A DNA stretch of 64,000 nt from Tubulanus polymorphus (GCF_964204645.1 NC_134026.1:14010050-14074049), one strand, 5' to 3'; shown: positions 12,067 to 27,800, numbered from the stretch's first letter. Numbers and translations: made by a program. The notes: a model not told the origin generated them from the sequence alone.

Positions 12067-12374
12067 GGTTTTCTGACTTTCGTCGAAAACCCTTTTGTAA
12101 TTCTGTTGATTGTTATTATTATTATTTACATATTTTCCACTTTTTTTTCGCACATAAAATTCATCTTCTATCAGATTCGACAACTAACTGCTTCTAATTG
12201 AAATGTAGAATTCTGATAGCAATATAACACGCATTCGCTCCGCGTAGATTATACCTATGCACTCTCCGTCCTATTTTAAACTTAAAATTACTTACTGAAA
12301 GATAACACCGGATGATAGTAGCAATCGCGACTCGCCCTGTCCGGTACTCCCACTAACGATAACAACAGCGTCCT

Positions 12375-12445
12375 GTCCTGTGGCATGGTGGATAAGGTGT
12401 TTGACTCCCGACTGAGTGGTCGAGGGTTCGAATTCTAGTGAAACC
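12375..12445 (+). mobile_element. tRNA-derived SINE head
   Basis: A-box-like TGGCATGGTGG and B-box GGTTCGAATTC at tRNA spacing; poor acceptor stem. Confidence 0.6.
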
Positions 12446-12765
12446 ATGCATTATCACAGTACAGCGCCGGCGCGCAACAATTGTTTTACTAATGAAACGA
12501 CATGGTGGATGGTTGAAATCATTTTCGGCTTAAATTTATCGCGAGTTTTAGGACTTTAATGAATTTCACGAAACCATGATTTCTAAAATGAGTCAATTGA
12601 TTAATTCTATTCGTAAATCAATTTACGTTGGCTACATTTCCTGAAGATTTCGGGGTCAAATCAACGTGATACGGACAGAAATTGTAGGAATTTTCACACG
12701 GAATTTTACTTCCGCGTTCAGTTGACGACTCGTATCGATGACAACGACAGCGGAGTTTATGTATT

Positions 12766-12802
12766 CATAGAACTATAACGGATATTCCGTTATAGTTCTA
12801 TG
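12766..12802. mobile_element. 37-bp palindromic transposon remnant (P-like)
   Basis: CATAGAACTATAACGGA-TAT-TCCGTTATAGTTCTATG with a 7-bp direct repeat ATGTATT on both sides. Confidence 0.7.
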
Positions 12803-14759
12803 ATGTATTTTAAGGTGAGAATCCGTTAACCAGGGAATGTATTAAATGATTTCTTTAATAATATGAGTATGGTAGCAAATGAGTAGGCCTACTTGGTGAA
12901 GCAATGATCATTGTTGGCTACTTACTTAATGCCTAGCTTTTTGGGGGGATGCGCCTAGAATAGATTTAGGCCCTAAATATAATGGGTAGAGCCAGTCAGT
13001 GGAATGCCTTAATAGCAGCTAGTTATGGCCTGGTTTACACTGAATGTGCATGACAATTTATTTTGATTACTTTCTTTCCAGCTATTATTCGTAGAATGAA
13101 CTGGTCACTACGGTCTTCCATTCCTTTGCGGATTCTTGCAGGAATATTAAACCACAGTGCGCAAATGTATGTTTCAAATTAGGCTTTTTCGACATTGACA
13201 GCCAAAGACGTAACTTAACACGCTAACTTAAGCGCAACAGTCTCAGATGCTGTAAGTACTTGACGTTTTGCGTAATTTTTTTTTTGTAATGCAATATTTG
13301 GATTAGTAATCAGTCGTACTAACGTACCGGTACATGCAGAATTGGATTCATTGTAATTATGGGATGATAATTCATGGGCGTCACGAGTCCTGCGACATAC
13401 CCTTGATATGAAGCTTTTTTAATGTTAATCATTGACTTGTTTTGGAGTAAACTGAATAGCCCTTAAAATACCAATGCCACGTGGCTTGGTGTCTATGCTC
13501 TACGAGACTGTAGTAATAGATTTTCACAACAAACTCATGATTTCAAATAGTCTCCTAAGCTATCTATATATTATTTCGCTCCTTACCTAAGTAATTCTTA
13601 CATTTGATTGCTTAATTACAGATTGAAAGAGGTCAGATGGCATGAAAATCGACTGTGGCTGACTAATTGGCACGAGTAACCAAAATACTTCAATCATCAG
13701 GGGTAGACAAATTAGCCGAAGATGAATGAAAACTTCACCTTGATGATCATCAGTTGATTTTGCTGTAATTATTTGCCTGGATATATCCTTCATTTCAAAA
13801 TCTGTCTTCAGTAGAATTTCTTTCAATAAAATATTTTGAAGATTGAATTTGAATTGATCTTAAAACCAGAGAAAGCATTCAGAAATTTAGAAAATCCTTG
13901 ACTCATAATCAAATTCTGTGAAGTCAGTTAAGGTCTTTTTGGTCGAATCAAGCCGAGGGCTCGGGTGACTAAAACTCAATTCCTCACTGTCTTATAATGC
14001 CGAGTACGGCAGAGTTTACACACTGAAACACGTTGGGCTGGTTAAGTGTAATTTGGATAAGTCCACAATATAATGACCGCCCTGCCCCGCTGCATCTGAG
14101 ACGTCAACAAGTTAGACTGTATTGCTTCGATGACAAACTGACTCCTACGCAAGATAACCATCCAATTCAAATGTAAATTAAGAAAGAAAACAACAAACTA
14201 GTTGCGTTGATCAACAAAAATAAATCAATAGTTTATTACAATACTTCAATTTCAAAATAAGGATAGGAAAAAATTGAACAATAAGTGTGTTTGCCATGCG
14301 TCTTTAAATATTTCCCAAGAATATGTCTTTGTCTGGCCACCACCTGCCTCGACGTCAGACTTTTTCAAGATTTTCGCTAAAAATACGAAACAAGACAAAA
14401 TTGATGGATGGGAATCATACATGCTACATTCACTCTTACTGCGAACATTGGAATGAGCTAAAGCAATTTTCTAGGAGGAAAAATTGAGTCAAATGATGTT
14501 TCAAAATCTGGACGGGAAAAGTTTTACTGAATTGTATGGCTAATGGCAAATACATGTTTATATTGATAAGGTAAATATCTGTATAAAAGGTTGTATAGCA
14601 ACTTGAATTGAAGGATTAATGCAATAGGTCTCTTATTCTAAAAGACGAGTGAGCCATACTTACTAGATTGGTCATGTGAATCAACATCAAATTTAGAACT
14701 ATCATCCATTTTTAGTTTTCAATCAAAGACCAACCTATGAAATAAAGTACATATTTTTC

Positions 14760-15300
14760 TGATAACAACCTGGAATAAATTAAAATAAATCTGAGGAATT
14801 CACCAAATTTCTGTATCGAACCCCTAATAGGGCCTATATAACCTATAGATTGATACTTACATACGACAAATTGACGAAGAAACTTCATTTGACAGTATAC
14901 AAACTCGCGGACAAACTCCCAAAATGAATCATGTCCTATTCACCTAGAATCAAACAAAATACAACTAAAAAATTCACAATACAGATTTCGGTTTCGAATC
15001 CTTCAAATAGCTGTTTACTTACATGAAACGAATTATCAAACTACTTCTGCCGACAGCATACCAACTCGCTGACAAACCCCCAAAATGAAACGTGTCATGA
15101 TAAACATCTGGAATTAAACGTAATAAAGCTACAAAACTTACAAAATGTCGGTTTCGAATCCCTCAAATAGCCTTACACTTACAAATGATGGATTATCAAA
15201 CAACTATGAACTCCCACAACGCCACATGTCTTTGATAATCTACAGTGAAAACCTGGAATTAAATGAAATAAATCTTAAAATTCCGATTTGAACCCAACGT
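14760..15300. repeat. Degenerate tandem repeat, ~150-170-bp unit, ~3-4 copies
   Basis: Recurrent CTGGAATTAAA, TTCGAATCCC-like and AACTCGC.GACAAAC.CCCAAAATGAA blocks. Confidence 0.6.
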
Positions 15301-16272
15301 AGGTCCTCTCTCTACTTGTAGGCCTAAGATCTTGAAATAGGATAAATAATGTTATGATGAAAGAGGCATAATGGTTCGGAAAAAATTGAATTCAATATGG
15401 CTCTTGGCCCGGCAAAGTTTGCTTTTGAAATATCCTTTTGATTAGGCCCAGTTACACATTTTAAAAGCAAATTTCATTTTGCATCAAACTAAAAGCAGCT
15501 TTGTTGAGGAAAAGATTCGTTTGAGTCGTAAAATTTATAGCCTAGAACCAATTTCTTCGTCAAAGCGTGACGCATAATTTTGACTGGGTCTTATTTCCAC
15601 GTGGTAGTGGACAGAAAATTTGAATAGGCCTAAATAAAAGAATAATCTATCTTTCTTAGGTTTCATGATAAAGATGCAGCATTAACATAGATTAATGCTT
15701 ATCTTTTACAATTAGGCTTATGTTTCAAAGGAAAACGCCCACAGTTGGTCGAACAGGGGTTAGGCATTGATGGTAGAGGGGCTGTGTGTGTAAAACAGAG
15801 AGATAAAAATGCACGGGAACGAGTTTGTCGAGTGGAGCTTATTATTCCATCAGGGATAGTGTACTATAGTCATGTTATATATCAAAATGTTCCTTATTAG
15901 TTCCGCTGCAACGCTAAAAACAAATTGAGATAGGTTTCCTCGCATTTTTTTACATATTACATCACTTACAACGATAAACGTCCGTCGCCGACTGAAAAAT
16001 TCACAAAAACTTCCGCATTGAGAGCGCCACCGCACCAATTCAAATTGGATCGGAAACCCTCCAGCGATGCACTCTAATTCAATTCAATTCAATTCAATAT
16101 ATCTTTATTGTCCTTTGAGTAATATAAAATACTAGTCAGGTTTTTTTTTTTTTTACAATAAAGATGAGAAAAGGGTAAAATACAAAATTTATAGGAAATC
16201 ATACTAAAAACGCAGTTGAAAAATATGAATAAACATTTTTTTTTTTAAATAACAATAACAGTGATCGATTAT

Positions 16273-19200
16273 TTACATACGTTGTTCGAATCCCAATGCG
16301 GTGAACTTTCCGAGAGCTTTGGTTAGTTTAGGGGAACACATGATAATTTTGAATTTTTCAGAATTGATCTCATTTTCATGAAGAGGATAATATTTTTCAA
16401 ATTCCGTCAAAAGGTCTTTCCTGAGCTCCTGTAACTTTGTACATTCAAGTAGAAAATGTAGCTCATCTTCTATTACATTGCAACTTGTGCAAAGTCTTTG
16501 TTCTTTTGGTGTACTGGTATACCTTCCTGTTTCAATGGCTAACTTGTGTGCGCTAATTCTTAATTTTGAGATAGCTCTTTTATTTGATTTAGGTATATCC
16601 GAAAGTAAGTAGTATTCCAAAGTAAAGTCAAATTTATATTGATTGTATAGGTTCAATTTGTTGTATGAATGTAATTTAGATTTCCAAAATAGTTTGTAGC
16701 GTTCCTGGAGTATATGCTTGAAGTTTCTGATGTCAGTAAATGAGATGAATCCACCTTTGTCTAGTAAATCCTCACAGTTAGTTAATGTCATGATACATTT
16801 CAGGAAGGTATTCCAGTCACTATTTACATCTAAGTCCATTAGCACAATATTTACCATACTATTTACAGAGCCAACCAGGTGTTTATAATATTTGACAATA
16901 TGTACAAATGCATTAATATACAAAGGTAGTCTACCCAACTCGCCCAGAACCGCTAAGTTGGTAGCTTTTTTATTGACCATCAAAATATATTTACAGAATC
17001 TAACCATTAGTTTGTTTAGGTCGTCTTTTTCGAATGATTCTTCTAGGTAAAAAGGTTTTTTGTCCATATTCTTATGGATTCGTTTTGCTAAGTTTCTCTT
17101 AGGTAACCATATTTCGCATCCATATAGGAGTATAGGGGTTACTAGAGTGTCAAATAATTGGAGCGATATATCAGGGGGGCAATTTTGGCTACCTATTAAC
17201 CTCTGTACTGCAAACATAGCCCTACTCGCTGACTTGAATAGTTCCTCTCTAGCCCTTTGGAAACTACCTGTTGAACAAAACATCAAACCAAGATATTTAT
17301 ACTCTTTTACAATATCAACTTCTTGATTGCCTAGGTAAAATTTAGAATGAATCGACATTTGTCCTTTCTTGTTGAAAATCATGCATTTGCTCTTTTCAGT
17401 GTTAATTTCTAATTTCCATGTTTCACAGTATTTTGACAGTTTATCGAGACATTTCTGGAGACCCCTTTCCGAATTAGACACGAGTACCAAATCGTCAGCG
17501 TACAACAAACAATTTACAAGTAATTTCCCAATGGTGGTTGGATCACATTCTTCATCAAAAATCGATACAATATCATTCACATAAAGGTTAAAAAGCATGG
17601 GGCTCAACACGTTCCCCTGCTGTACTCCAATGCAAGACTCAAATTTATCAGATGCAGAAAATGGTCCTAGTTTTAGACGGCATGTCATGTTTTCATACAT
17701 ACTTTTAATTATTTTATTGAAGTGACTTCCAATTTCAGATTTTCTTAGTTTATGTATGAGACCTTGATGCCATACAGAGTCAAATGCCTTCCTGAGATCT
17801 ATGAAGCAACAATACAATTTACCCGAGGTGGACAATTTGGAATCTACGAGTTTTTTTAAAGTTAACATGTGATCTGTAGTTCTACTTTTTGGCATAAAAC
17901 CAATCTGGTTGGGGGTTATTAGGTTTTAATTTATAAGGTAATTACTAAGTCTGTTATTGAGAACCTGGCAAAAAGCTTTACCCAAACAGCTACCCAGTGT
18001 GATTCCTCTATAATTATCTGGCAGTGTTCTGTCGCCTTTTTTTAGCAGAGGTACAATAAGACCTTCGGACCAAGATGTCGGGAATATACCGTTTGAGTAA
18101 ACGAAATTGAACAATTTGGCAAGTGGTTTGATAATGTAGTCTTTGCCATATTTAAGTAGCTCGTTAGTTATTCCATCAAGCCCTGGGATCTACTGTTTTT
18201 AAGTTTAGACAGAGCATTGGATATTTCTTCTTCAGTAATCCGGTAGTCTAATTCTGTAAAAACATTGTCGGCTTCAGGTAAGTTGTCTTCGACAACATTT
18301 TCATGACAAATTTTGGCAGCGTTCAGCGACTTAAAGTGGTTGATAAATTCCGTAGAATTAGGGGTATAATTGTCATTGACTGGTTTTTCACCATCCTTGT
18401 TTAGATTTTTGATAATTTTCCAAAACTCCCTGGGTCTACATTTAGCGAAGTTAATTTTGACAGCTCAGATTGTCTGAATATTGCACGTTTTGTCCTAAGA
18501 GTTTTCTTATATCGTTTTTTTAAAATGAAATATTTCTGCCTTTTCTCCCCATCTGTTTCATAACGTAATTTTCTGCCTGTTAACTGTAAGTTCTTTTTCA
18601 ACGACATACATTCCTTATCAAACCAACTCTTCTTACCGGTATTCTTCTGCACCTTAGGATTCTGAACCTTTGTTTTGACATTGGTATTCAATATGGATAC
18701 AAAATTATTCACTATTTCATTTAACGTTTCGATATTTACACCTTCAGTAGTCCATATTTCACCCTTAAGAAATTGATCTAATTTACACAATATTTCCGGA
18801 TTAGAAAGGTAAGAGTTGACCTCTTCTACATCTTTGAGTTTAGAAAATTGCTTGTTATAAAAATTAGACTGACCAACCGAGGAATTCTTGGGTCTAGGAG
18901 GTACATCTCTTTTGTATTCAAAGCCGAGTGAAATAGCGCAATGATCAGATAGCTCAGTCAGATGGTGCACATAGAAATATTTAATGCGTGGATATAGGCT
19001 TTCATTGGCTATAGCTAAGTCAACCACACTACTGCCGTTCCATTGATGGCATGTATATTCCCCAAAACTGTCACCAGGACAACGACCATTTAAAATACAT
19101 AGATTATTGCCTTCACACAAATTGATAATGTTTCTTCCCATTTTATTAGTAGTGCAATCCTTATTTCTCCGTGGGGAGATATTCTGAATAGACAAATTCA

Positions 19201-19740
19201 TTTCTGATATTCCTGGCAGATACTTTCTATCATTTTCATCAATATTGGTACATTCATTTTTCAATCCTGTTCTTGCGTTCAGGTCACCTATAAGCAACAC
19301 TTCCCCCAAGCTTGAGTACTTTACACATCCACGCTCCAATATCCCAAAGTTTTCCTCTGAGTTTTTTTACACCAAATGATGAATTTAGAGGGCTGAGGTA
19401 ACATATAGCAATGAAGATAGGTCTAGATTTAGGATATTCTGTGAATTTTAGCCAGATTATTTCTGAGGAGGGCCTCTCGGTCACTCTAATCTGCTTTTTT
19501 AGATGATCTCTACATAGAATTGCAATACCGCCGTAGTTCCTATTAATATGTGGGTTTCGTTCTCTGGATCGTAAAGTAGCCGTCAAGTTGGGGGATAAAA
19601 TCTTCACCGGTATGGGTTTCCGTAAGACATACAATATCATATGGTTTTACCAGGTTTTGGAAACATACATCATTTAATTTATCCATGTACTGGCTAGAGA
19701 GACCATGTATATTCCATGCACATATATTAAGTAGGAGCAT
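16273..19740 (-). pseudogene. LINE ORF2 (APE endonuclease, RT, C-terminal CCHC), several frameshifts
   Basis: WNIHGL, CLTET, GDLNAR, SDH; NYRGITL, DLRKAFDSV, QGNVLSP, YADD; LRISAHKLAIETGRY..C..C..EDELHFLLEC. Confidence 0.93.
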
Positions 19741-19816
19741 TATTATTCCGTTCAGGCAGGAGACTTCTTCCTAACCGGAGGAGTGTTATAAACAAATTTC
19801 AGTAGTGGTTATTAAA

Positions 19817-21955
19817 TTAATTATGTATTCTTGGACGGGTAAATAATTTTAGAGCCCGTCTTACACCAGTGGCTAGATTGTTCGCAAATTGCCTTATACC
19901 GTTCTTGTTGTTAATGTGGAGGTCGTCTCTGTAGTATCGACGTCGGTCATTCCGGTTGTCGTGACGGATAACGTAAGCATTTTTATCTGCAGCTGCAAGC
20001 GATTCGACGGTATAGTTAAAGGTTGCAGACTGGTCACCAAGACTTTGATGGTCGAATCTAGGCGGTATCTGGGAAATAACCAATCGTGTATCTGGGAAGT
20101 AGAACTTAATTTTGTTCACAAGGCTAACAAAGCGATCTACACAGGTATTGGCACAATGTAGGTTTCGGATATCGTTATTACCAACATGCAAAACGATGCA
20201 TGCAGGGTTTTCGCTTCTAATTCTATCGACAACTTGCCCTGCTTCTTTAATTGTATACGCCGTAAATTTTTCAACCTGACATTGATCGTTCACAGAGCGG
20301 TTAGTGTCGATATATCGGATGTTCGAGTCTCCGATGATAAACACATTATTTTGGCGACGCACGCGTTCTGGCGGATTTGTGTTGTCACGGATATCACGGT
20401 TGCTCTCTCTAGATATTTCCGGCGGATATTTGTCACATCTATTTTCCAGTCCATGGCGCCTCTCACTGTACAAGGGGCGTTCTAGCTGATTGTAATACGT
20501 ATTGTTGTGAACCTCGCGGTACTTATCTCTTTTGCGGCGCGTTAGATTATGCACAGTTTTTCCGGCTGGCTTCGATTTAGATTCTTCGTTGTCCCCGTAT
20601 AATCCTAGTGACGACGTCGATGATATCATAGAGTATTTGTCATCAAGGTCGGTTCCTTGTGACTGAAACGTTTGGATGGCCTCAAGCGATTTCGAGGCTA
20701 TATCTTGCAGGTTATCGAGTCTAGTTTCTGTGTTACAGACTTTCTGTAAGATATCGCGTGTGCGGTTAACACTCCGGTCCGAGATTTTCTTTAAATGTTC
20801 AGTTGTCTTAGCCGTTTCACTCACTGCGACCATTAGTTCGTTGATGTGGTCTACGCGTTTTGTGCAATCTTCAAGTTTTTGTTGCAGCTGTTTTATTTGA
20901 GAAGACTGTGAGCATTGATTTACCTGCTGCAATAAGTTTACCGTTGATTGTTGCATCGAGTTAAACATATTCATTATGTCTTCACCGTCAATTACTGTCA
21001 TATCGGTTTGACAACTAGCGGTACGAGTATTCGAAGGTTGTGGCTCAGTTTGGATTTGTGCTTCTGTCTTGTTCGATGCGCACGCGTGCCCCGAACTAGC
21101 ATCGCTGGCCGGCGCTACTGTAAGTGCGGTGCCGCAGGGGTTGCATATATAGAGCTCTCTAACATCTGATGTCGCAAGTGCTAGTTCATTTTTCGACAGG
21201 CTGGTGCATTTGTTATGGGTCCAACCTTCGCATAGTGAACATTGGATCATGCTGTTCGTGTCCGGCCCGGTGCATGCGGAGCAGCAGGATTTTTTGTCAT
21301 TCTGCTTTGAAGAACTCACGGATAACGCAGATTGCGATGGAACTTTCTTGAAGATTCTCTCCAACAACTGAGGTAAGGCCTCGCTTAGCCAAACTAAGTA
21401 GGAGGAACCCTGAATGTGTAGTTTCGGAGATTTTTTAGTTGATCCCTTATACAAGGTAATGTGTACCGTTCCCAATGCAATGTTTTGAGTGTCAACATAC
21501 ACACCGCTGAAATGTACGCCATGATCCCCTCTATCAACAGGGTTTCCATACTGCGATCTAAATTCCGAGTGAAATAGCTTAATTTTGTCCTTGCAATGCG
21601 AAAGATCAATAACGAGTGACTGCGATTTCTCACTAATGTTTATACTTTTGTTTGGAATACCGACGTTATCGTCCTCGCGGAAGGATCTTCGACGTTTGTC
21701 ACTGCCTGACGGTGATGAAATTTGACTGTTATGCAATATTTCTCGCAATTGAATATACGCTGCATTCAATTTTTGGAATTTAGAGGTCGAGTCCAGAGAA
21801 TTATTCCTATCTGGGTGTATTTCACGAGCAAGAGTTAAGTACTGCAGCCGTAGAACATCCTGTGACGTTGGCATCTCTTCTAGGTCCAACAACGACAGTA
21901 GGGCGGAAGTAGCGCTTCCGCTGTGCTGTTGTGTAGTAGGAGAGGGTGGCGCCAT
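19817..21955 (-). CDS. LINE ORF1: J-domain, PHD finger, coiled coil, SGNH esterase
   Basis: Y..LAREIHPDRN...KFQKLNAAYIQL; C4HC3 PHD (MIQCSLCEGWTHNKC...YICNPC); GDSN, GNND and DDLH blocks; intact 712 aa. Confidence 0.88.
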   Translation of the reverse strand: MAPPSPTTQQHSGSATSALLSLLDLEEMPTSQDVLRLQYLTLAREIHPDRNNSLDSTSKFQKLNAAYIQLREILHNSQISSPSGSDKRRRSFREDDNVGIPNKSINISEKSQSLVIDLSHCKDKIKLFHSEFRSQYGNPVDRGDHGVHFSGVYVDTQNIALGTVHITLYKGSTKKSPKLHIQGSSYLVWLSEALPQLLERIFKKVPSQSALSVSSSKQNDKKSCCSACTGPDTNSMIQCSLCEGWTHNKCTSLSKNELALATSDVRELYICNPCGTALTVAPASDASSGHACASNKTEAQIQTEPQPSNTRTASCQTDMTVIDGEDIMNMFNSMQQSTVNLLQQVNQCSQSSQIKQLQQKLEDCTKRVDHINELMVAVSETAKTTEHLKKISDRSVNRTRDILQKVCNTETRLDNLQDIASKSLEAIQTFQSQGTDLDDKYSMISSTSSLGLYGDNEESKSKPAGKTVHNLTRRKRDKYREVHNNTYYNQLERPLYSERRHGLENRCDKYPPEISRESNRDIRDNTNPPERVRRQNNVFIIGDSNIRYIDTNRSVNDQCQVEKFTAYTIKEAGQVVDRIRSENPACIVLHVGNNDIRNLHCANTCVDRFVSLVNKIKFYFPDTRLVISQIPPRFDHQSLGDQSATFNYTVESLAAADKNAYVIRHDNRNDRRRYYRDDLHINNKNGIRQFANNLATGVRRALKLFTRPRIHN

Positions 21956-22184
21956 TTTGAATTTCGAAACTTTGCTGTTTTCCTTTCAACGGTAAAGTTA
22001 ACAATTCTAACGAGTAGAGAACTTACAGATTGGCTTCATTAGATTCTCCGTATGTTTATGCTTCGTATACTACTATCGGTGACGATCTTACGTGTTTTCG
22101 TTAGTTGTTTTTGTTGTCTTTTTGACGGAGCGTACTTCTCGGCGACTACAATCGCGGGCGTCTTTAAAACCTGTCTTTGCTGAC

Positions 22185-23995
<1,811 letters not shown>

Positions 23996-24039
23996 TTTGC
24001 TGACTGGGAATAAGATATTTCTCAGCGCGAAGGGGGCTG

Positions 24040-24472
24040 TAAGCGGTTTAATTCCTAACATTTTAGCCATTGGTTTGTTTACCATAAATTTATGTTGTTC
24101 ATTAGCTATCTTTATTCTTATTGTATTAGTACTATCAATTTTAATAAATTTAATTTCAAATACAGAAGTTCCCCCGATTTTCAACCGAGCTCTTCTATTA
24201 ATTTCCTGCGCTAATGATTCGAAATTATATAATCCTGGTTTTAAAAATAGATGAAACCATTTATCTTTATTTCTCATATAAATCATAAACCCTCTATGTT
24301 CAAAAGTTTTATCCGATATATTATAAAAAGAATTACATAAACTTACATTTACTAATTTTAAATCAACACAATTCTTAACTTCTCTATCTAATTGTACTAG
24401 TAAATTGTGTGATTTAGAATTTAACAGTTTTCTAGAATCAACAAATATTCTATATTCTTTTAATTCTACCAT
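24040..24472 (-). pseudogene. 5' part of putative minor capsid (penton) gene
   Basis: Homologous to 45865-46290; truncated by the insertion stack. Confidence 0.7.
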
Positions 24473-24489
24473 TTATTTTACATATTTTC

Positions 24490-24843
24490 TTATTCGAAAT
24501 CTAATTCATGGTGCCCCTTTTCATTCTTACCTTTGTATATGAAATAGAAATCACCTGAACATAATTCTTCTAAATCGTCACTTGATAATCTATGAAATCT
24601 ATCTGGTAAATATTTTCTGAATTTATATGTATTTCCCTTTAATCATTCATATTCTAAGTGGATAACTAATTTATCTCCATATTTGTTAGTAACTGTATCA
24701 ATATTTTTAATTAGATATTTCTTATGGATTATTAATTCTTTTAACTTCTTAAATTTATAATCTACTGATTTGACATTTGAAGTATCTTCTATTCTATCTA
24801 GAAATGATTTGTTGTTCTCACTGTGTGCTTGTTTATAATACAT
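24490..24843 (-). pseudogene. Small Polinton protein (possible OB-fold/SSB), premature stop
   Basis: Homologous to 45494-45847; the fold is a guess. Confidence 0.65.
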
Positions 24844-24861
24844 AATTTTATTAAAATTTGA

Positions 24862-27800
24862 TTAACACGCTAGAATTCTTTTCATAATCTCATTCTCTTT
24901 TGTTTCTTCTCTTTTAAATTTTAAGTATTCATCTAAATTGCAACCGTAAGCAACTGTGTGTATACCATCATCTAAAATATATCTTTTATCATCGAATGGG
25001 TTCAAACTAACCTCTTCTATCTCTTCAATAAACATCTCGTGGTACTCAGATCTTAAACATTTCATCTTATGTTTTCTAACTTCTTCATTGAATATACAAT
25101 TGATGTAATCTTTGAAATTAATATTCTTTTCTACTACACTTTTGGTTATTCCTTTTAACTTTTTAGCTTCATGAGTTTTAGTTCTATAACTATACATTTT
25201 AGATCGAATACCTATAAATTCTATCATTTCTTCACCTCCTAATTCATCTTTGAATTTACCAGGCACCTTTTTATTATCATTGCTAAACAATTTATGATCT
25301 TTAGGATAATTACTAAAATCAAAATGATGTTTTAATGTTTTTAAATCATCTGTTATGTTATTAGTTTTTATCTTTAATATGTAACTGTCAGTATCAAAAT
25401 ATAAGATTTCTATATGCTTTTCTCCAAAATGAGGTTGTAACACGTTATAATAGAATTCATACATCAATAGCTTTGATATTTCATCAAATTTCTTTGATTT
25501 TCATCAAATATTCTGTTACCTATGAACTTAGGATATGTTTGTAAATGCCTTATCCTTTTGCCATTGCTAACTAACTCAATATCATTTCTATTTCTGATAT
25601 TTTCACAAGTCTTACCATAGAATGCATTATTCATTAGTTAGAAGAAATCTTTCTCGAAATCAGTTTTAGCTTTAGTTCTCTGTTTGGTGTTAAAATCTAT
25701 ATATTTTTCTAACCATTTAGATTGACTAAATGAAATATATCTATGTACTTTTTTAGAACCATTCCTTGATTCAAATAAAACTTCAACATTCTATAATGTA
25801 CTACATAATTATATTTATCTTCCTGAGTTACCATTAACTTTTCTGTATGAATATGATTTTCAGGTTTAATTCTTTTTTGGTAATTTGATAAATCTTCATG
25901 TGTTACAGTTTTATGTTCGGGGCAGTAAGCTAGATTTCTAGATTTAAATTTAATATGTTCAGGATATTCTAAATATACAACAAAAAAGTAACCAGTCTCT
26001 GAATCATCTGCAATATCTAGAATTCTTTTCTTCTAATCAAATTTATCATTATTTTCATGCTGTAAAACTTCTGTTATTTCAAATACTCCATAAGGTTGAG
26101 GTTCCATCATTGCCCAACCATATAGATTATTTGCATCTATATATAATAACTTATATCCAAGGTTATCATTTACATTGAAATATCTATCACCTAATACACC
26201 TGAAACTCCTCCTCTTATAGATTTTTCAAATAATAATAATTGATCTATATTTGTCAACAAATCCATTTTTATATCTGTAAATCTTAAACCAAAATCCCAA
26301 GTTAAATCTGGCCTAGAATAACAATGGCAAGGATCAATATTAAAATATTCTAGGTTTACATCTCTAAACCTTTCGAATATATCAGTTAATAATAATACAT
26401 CTGATTTTAAATATAAATCTACTAATTGTCCATGATTTTTCATTCCAAAATGATTCCAAATATTCAATGTTCTATTACAGACTTTATCTTTAACATATTC
26501 ATTTTTTAATTCATCATAAAATCATTCTTTTAATAATTCAGTTATATTGAAATCATAATGCGATTTGTAAAATGAATATGGAATTGCGCCTTTATATCTC
26601 ATTAATTGAAAATCATCATTATTTGGATATTGTTGCTTTAATATTTTTAATTCATCATCAACTAATGATTTTGATAAATTATCTAATGAACTACCTAGAA
26701 ACCTATATGAATCTATAAATCTTAGACACCCAAATTGGAAAGATATATAATCCTCAGATGTTTTAGCTAACATTTTAAATTTATAAGTTGGTATTTTATC
26801 TTTTGATCTATATGAATTTAATCTTTCTATTTGATTATTGATTTCTTCTATCTTATGGCACAGTTGCTTGATGAATAAATGTGCATCATACCCTGATAAA
26901 TTATGAAATATTACTGGAACAAAATTGATTTTCTTAGCTTGTAAGTTACAATTCTCGTGCGCCGCGCCTCTAAAATTTCCATTCAATTGATCATGGTCTC
27001 TCACTTTTTTATCTTTATAATTAAATAGTTTTTCACAATAATAACATTTATCAGCAAACTCAAATTCTTCTTTATCTTCTTCTGTCATTATAATTTCTTT
27101 ATTTGTATCTAATACTTTACTAAATTTGATTTCATCCTCAATTAATAAGTCACAAAAATGATTGATAACATTTTCATTTCTATAATTATAATATTCACTT
27201 TTAATTAGTTCGGTATAATCAGATTTTATATATAACCCGAAAGCTGCTGCTGATTGATGAATCTTTTTAATAGTATTTGTTATTAGGGGATCTGAATAAT
27301 CAATTACATCATTTTCATTAGAATTTAATTTCTTTCTTTTATAATATATTTCTTTTCTATCTTGATAAGTTAATTCTTTATTTAGTGATTCAAAATCTCC
27401 ATATATTACAAATGGTACTTTATTCTTGTAATCATATTTTTTTAATTCTAATATTTTATCCTTTTCATTTGGTAAAAATAATTTACAATAATCATGATTA
27501 TCACATAATTGTTTATGATTTAATAATGTGCTTTCATTACTGAATCTATTTATTAAACATTTTCTACATAGATATATTTTATTGTGGTTATTTTCTGTTC
27601 TAAAAAATAAATCGATTTGTTTTATCCACATATAATGATTTTCATAATATAATATATCTATAACACCATTTGAATCATAATCTTTTGATAAATACAAAGG
27701 TTCTAATGTATAGTGTTCAATTTTATCACCTTTTGTATTTGGTAATTTGATTAAATCAAATACATTTATTCTTAGATTATTTTATCTTTCTATTTTTGGG

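Larger units (their letters stand above)
12063..16079 (+). mobile_element. Possible Helentron-associated non-autonomous element with nested inserts
   Basis: Begins TTAGGGTTTTC...GAAAACCCT followed by an (ATT)n tract; a complementary GAAACCCT lies at ~16053-16060. Boundaries uncertain. Confidence 0.35.
16076..22165 (-). mobile_element. Near full-length non-LTR retrotransposon, RTEX-like
   Basis: ORF1 plus APE-RT ORF2; AATAAA followed by an (ATTGA)n tail at 16076-16110; 5' end approximate. Confidence 0.9.

Noticed and set aside
12375-12445. Functional tRNA gene
   Set aside because: Stems pair poorly; better explained as a SINE head.
17060-21633. Short antisense and overlapping ORFs within the LINE (likewise those in the Gypsy and Polinton genes)
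   Set aside because: Shadow frames of genuine genes, with no recognisable motifs.
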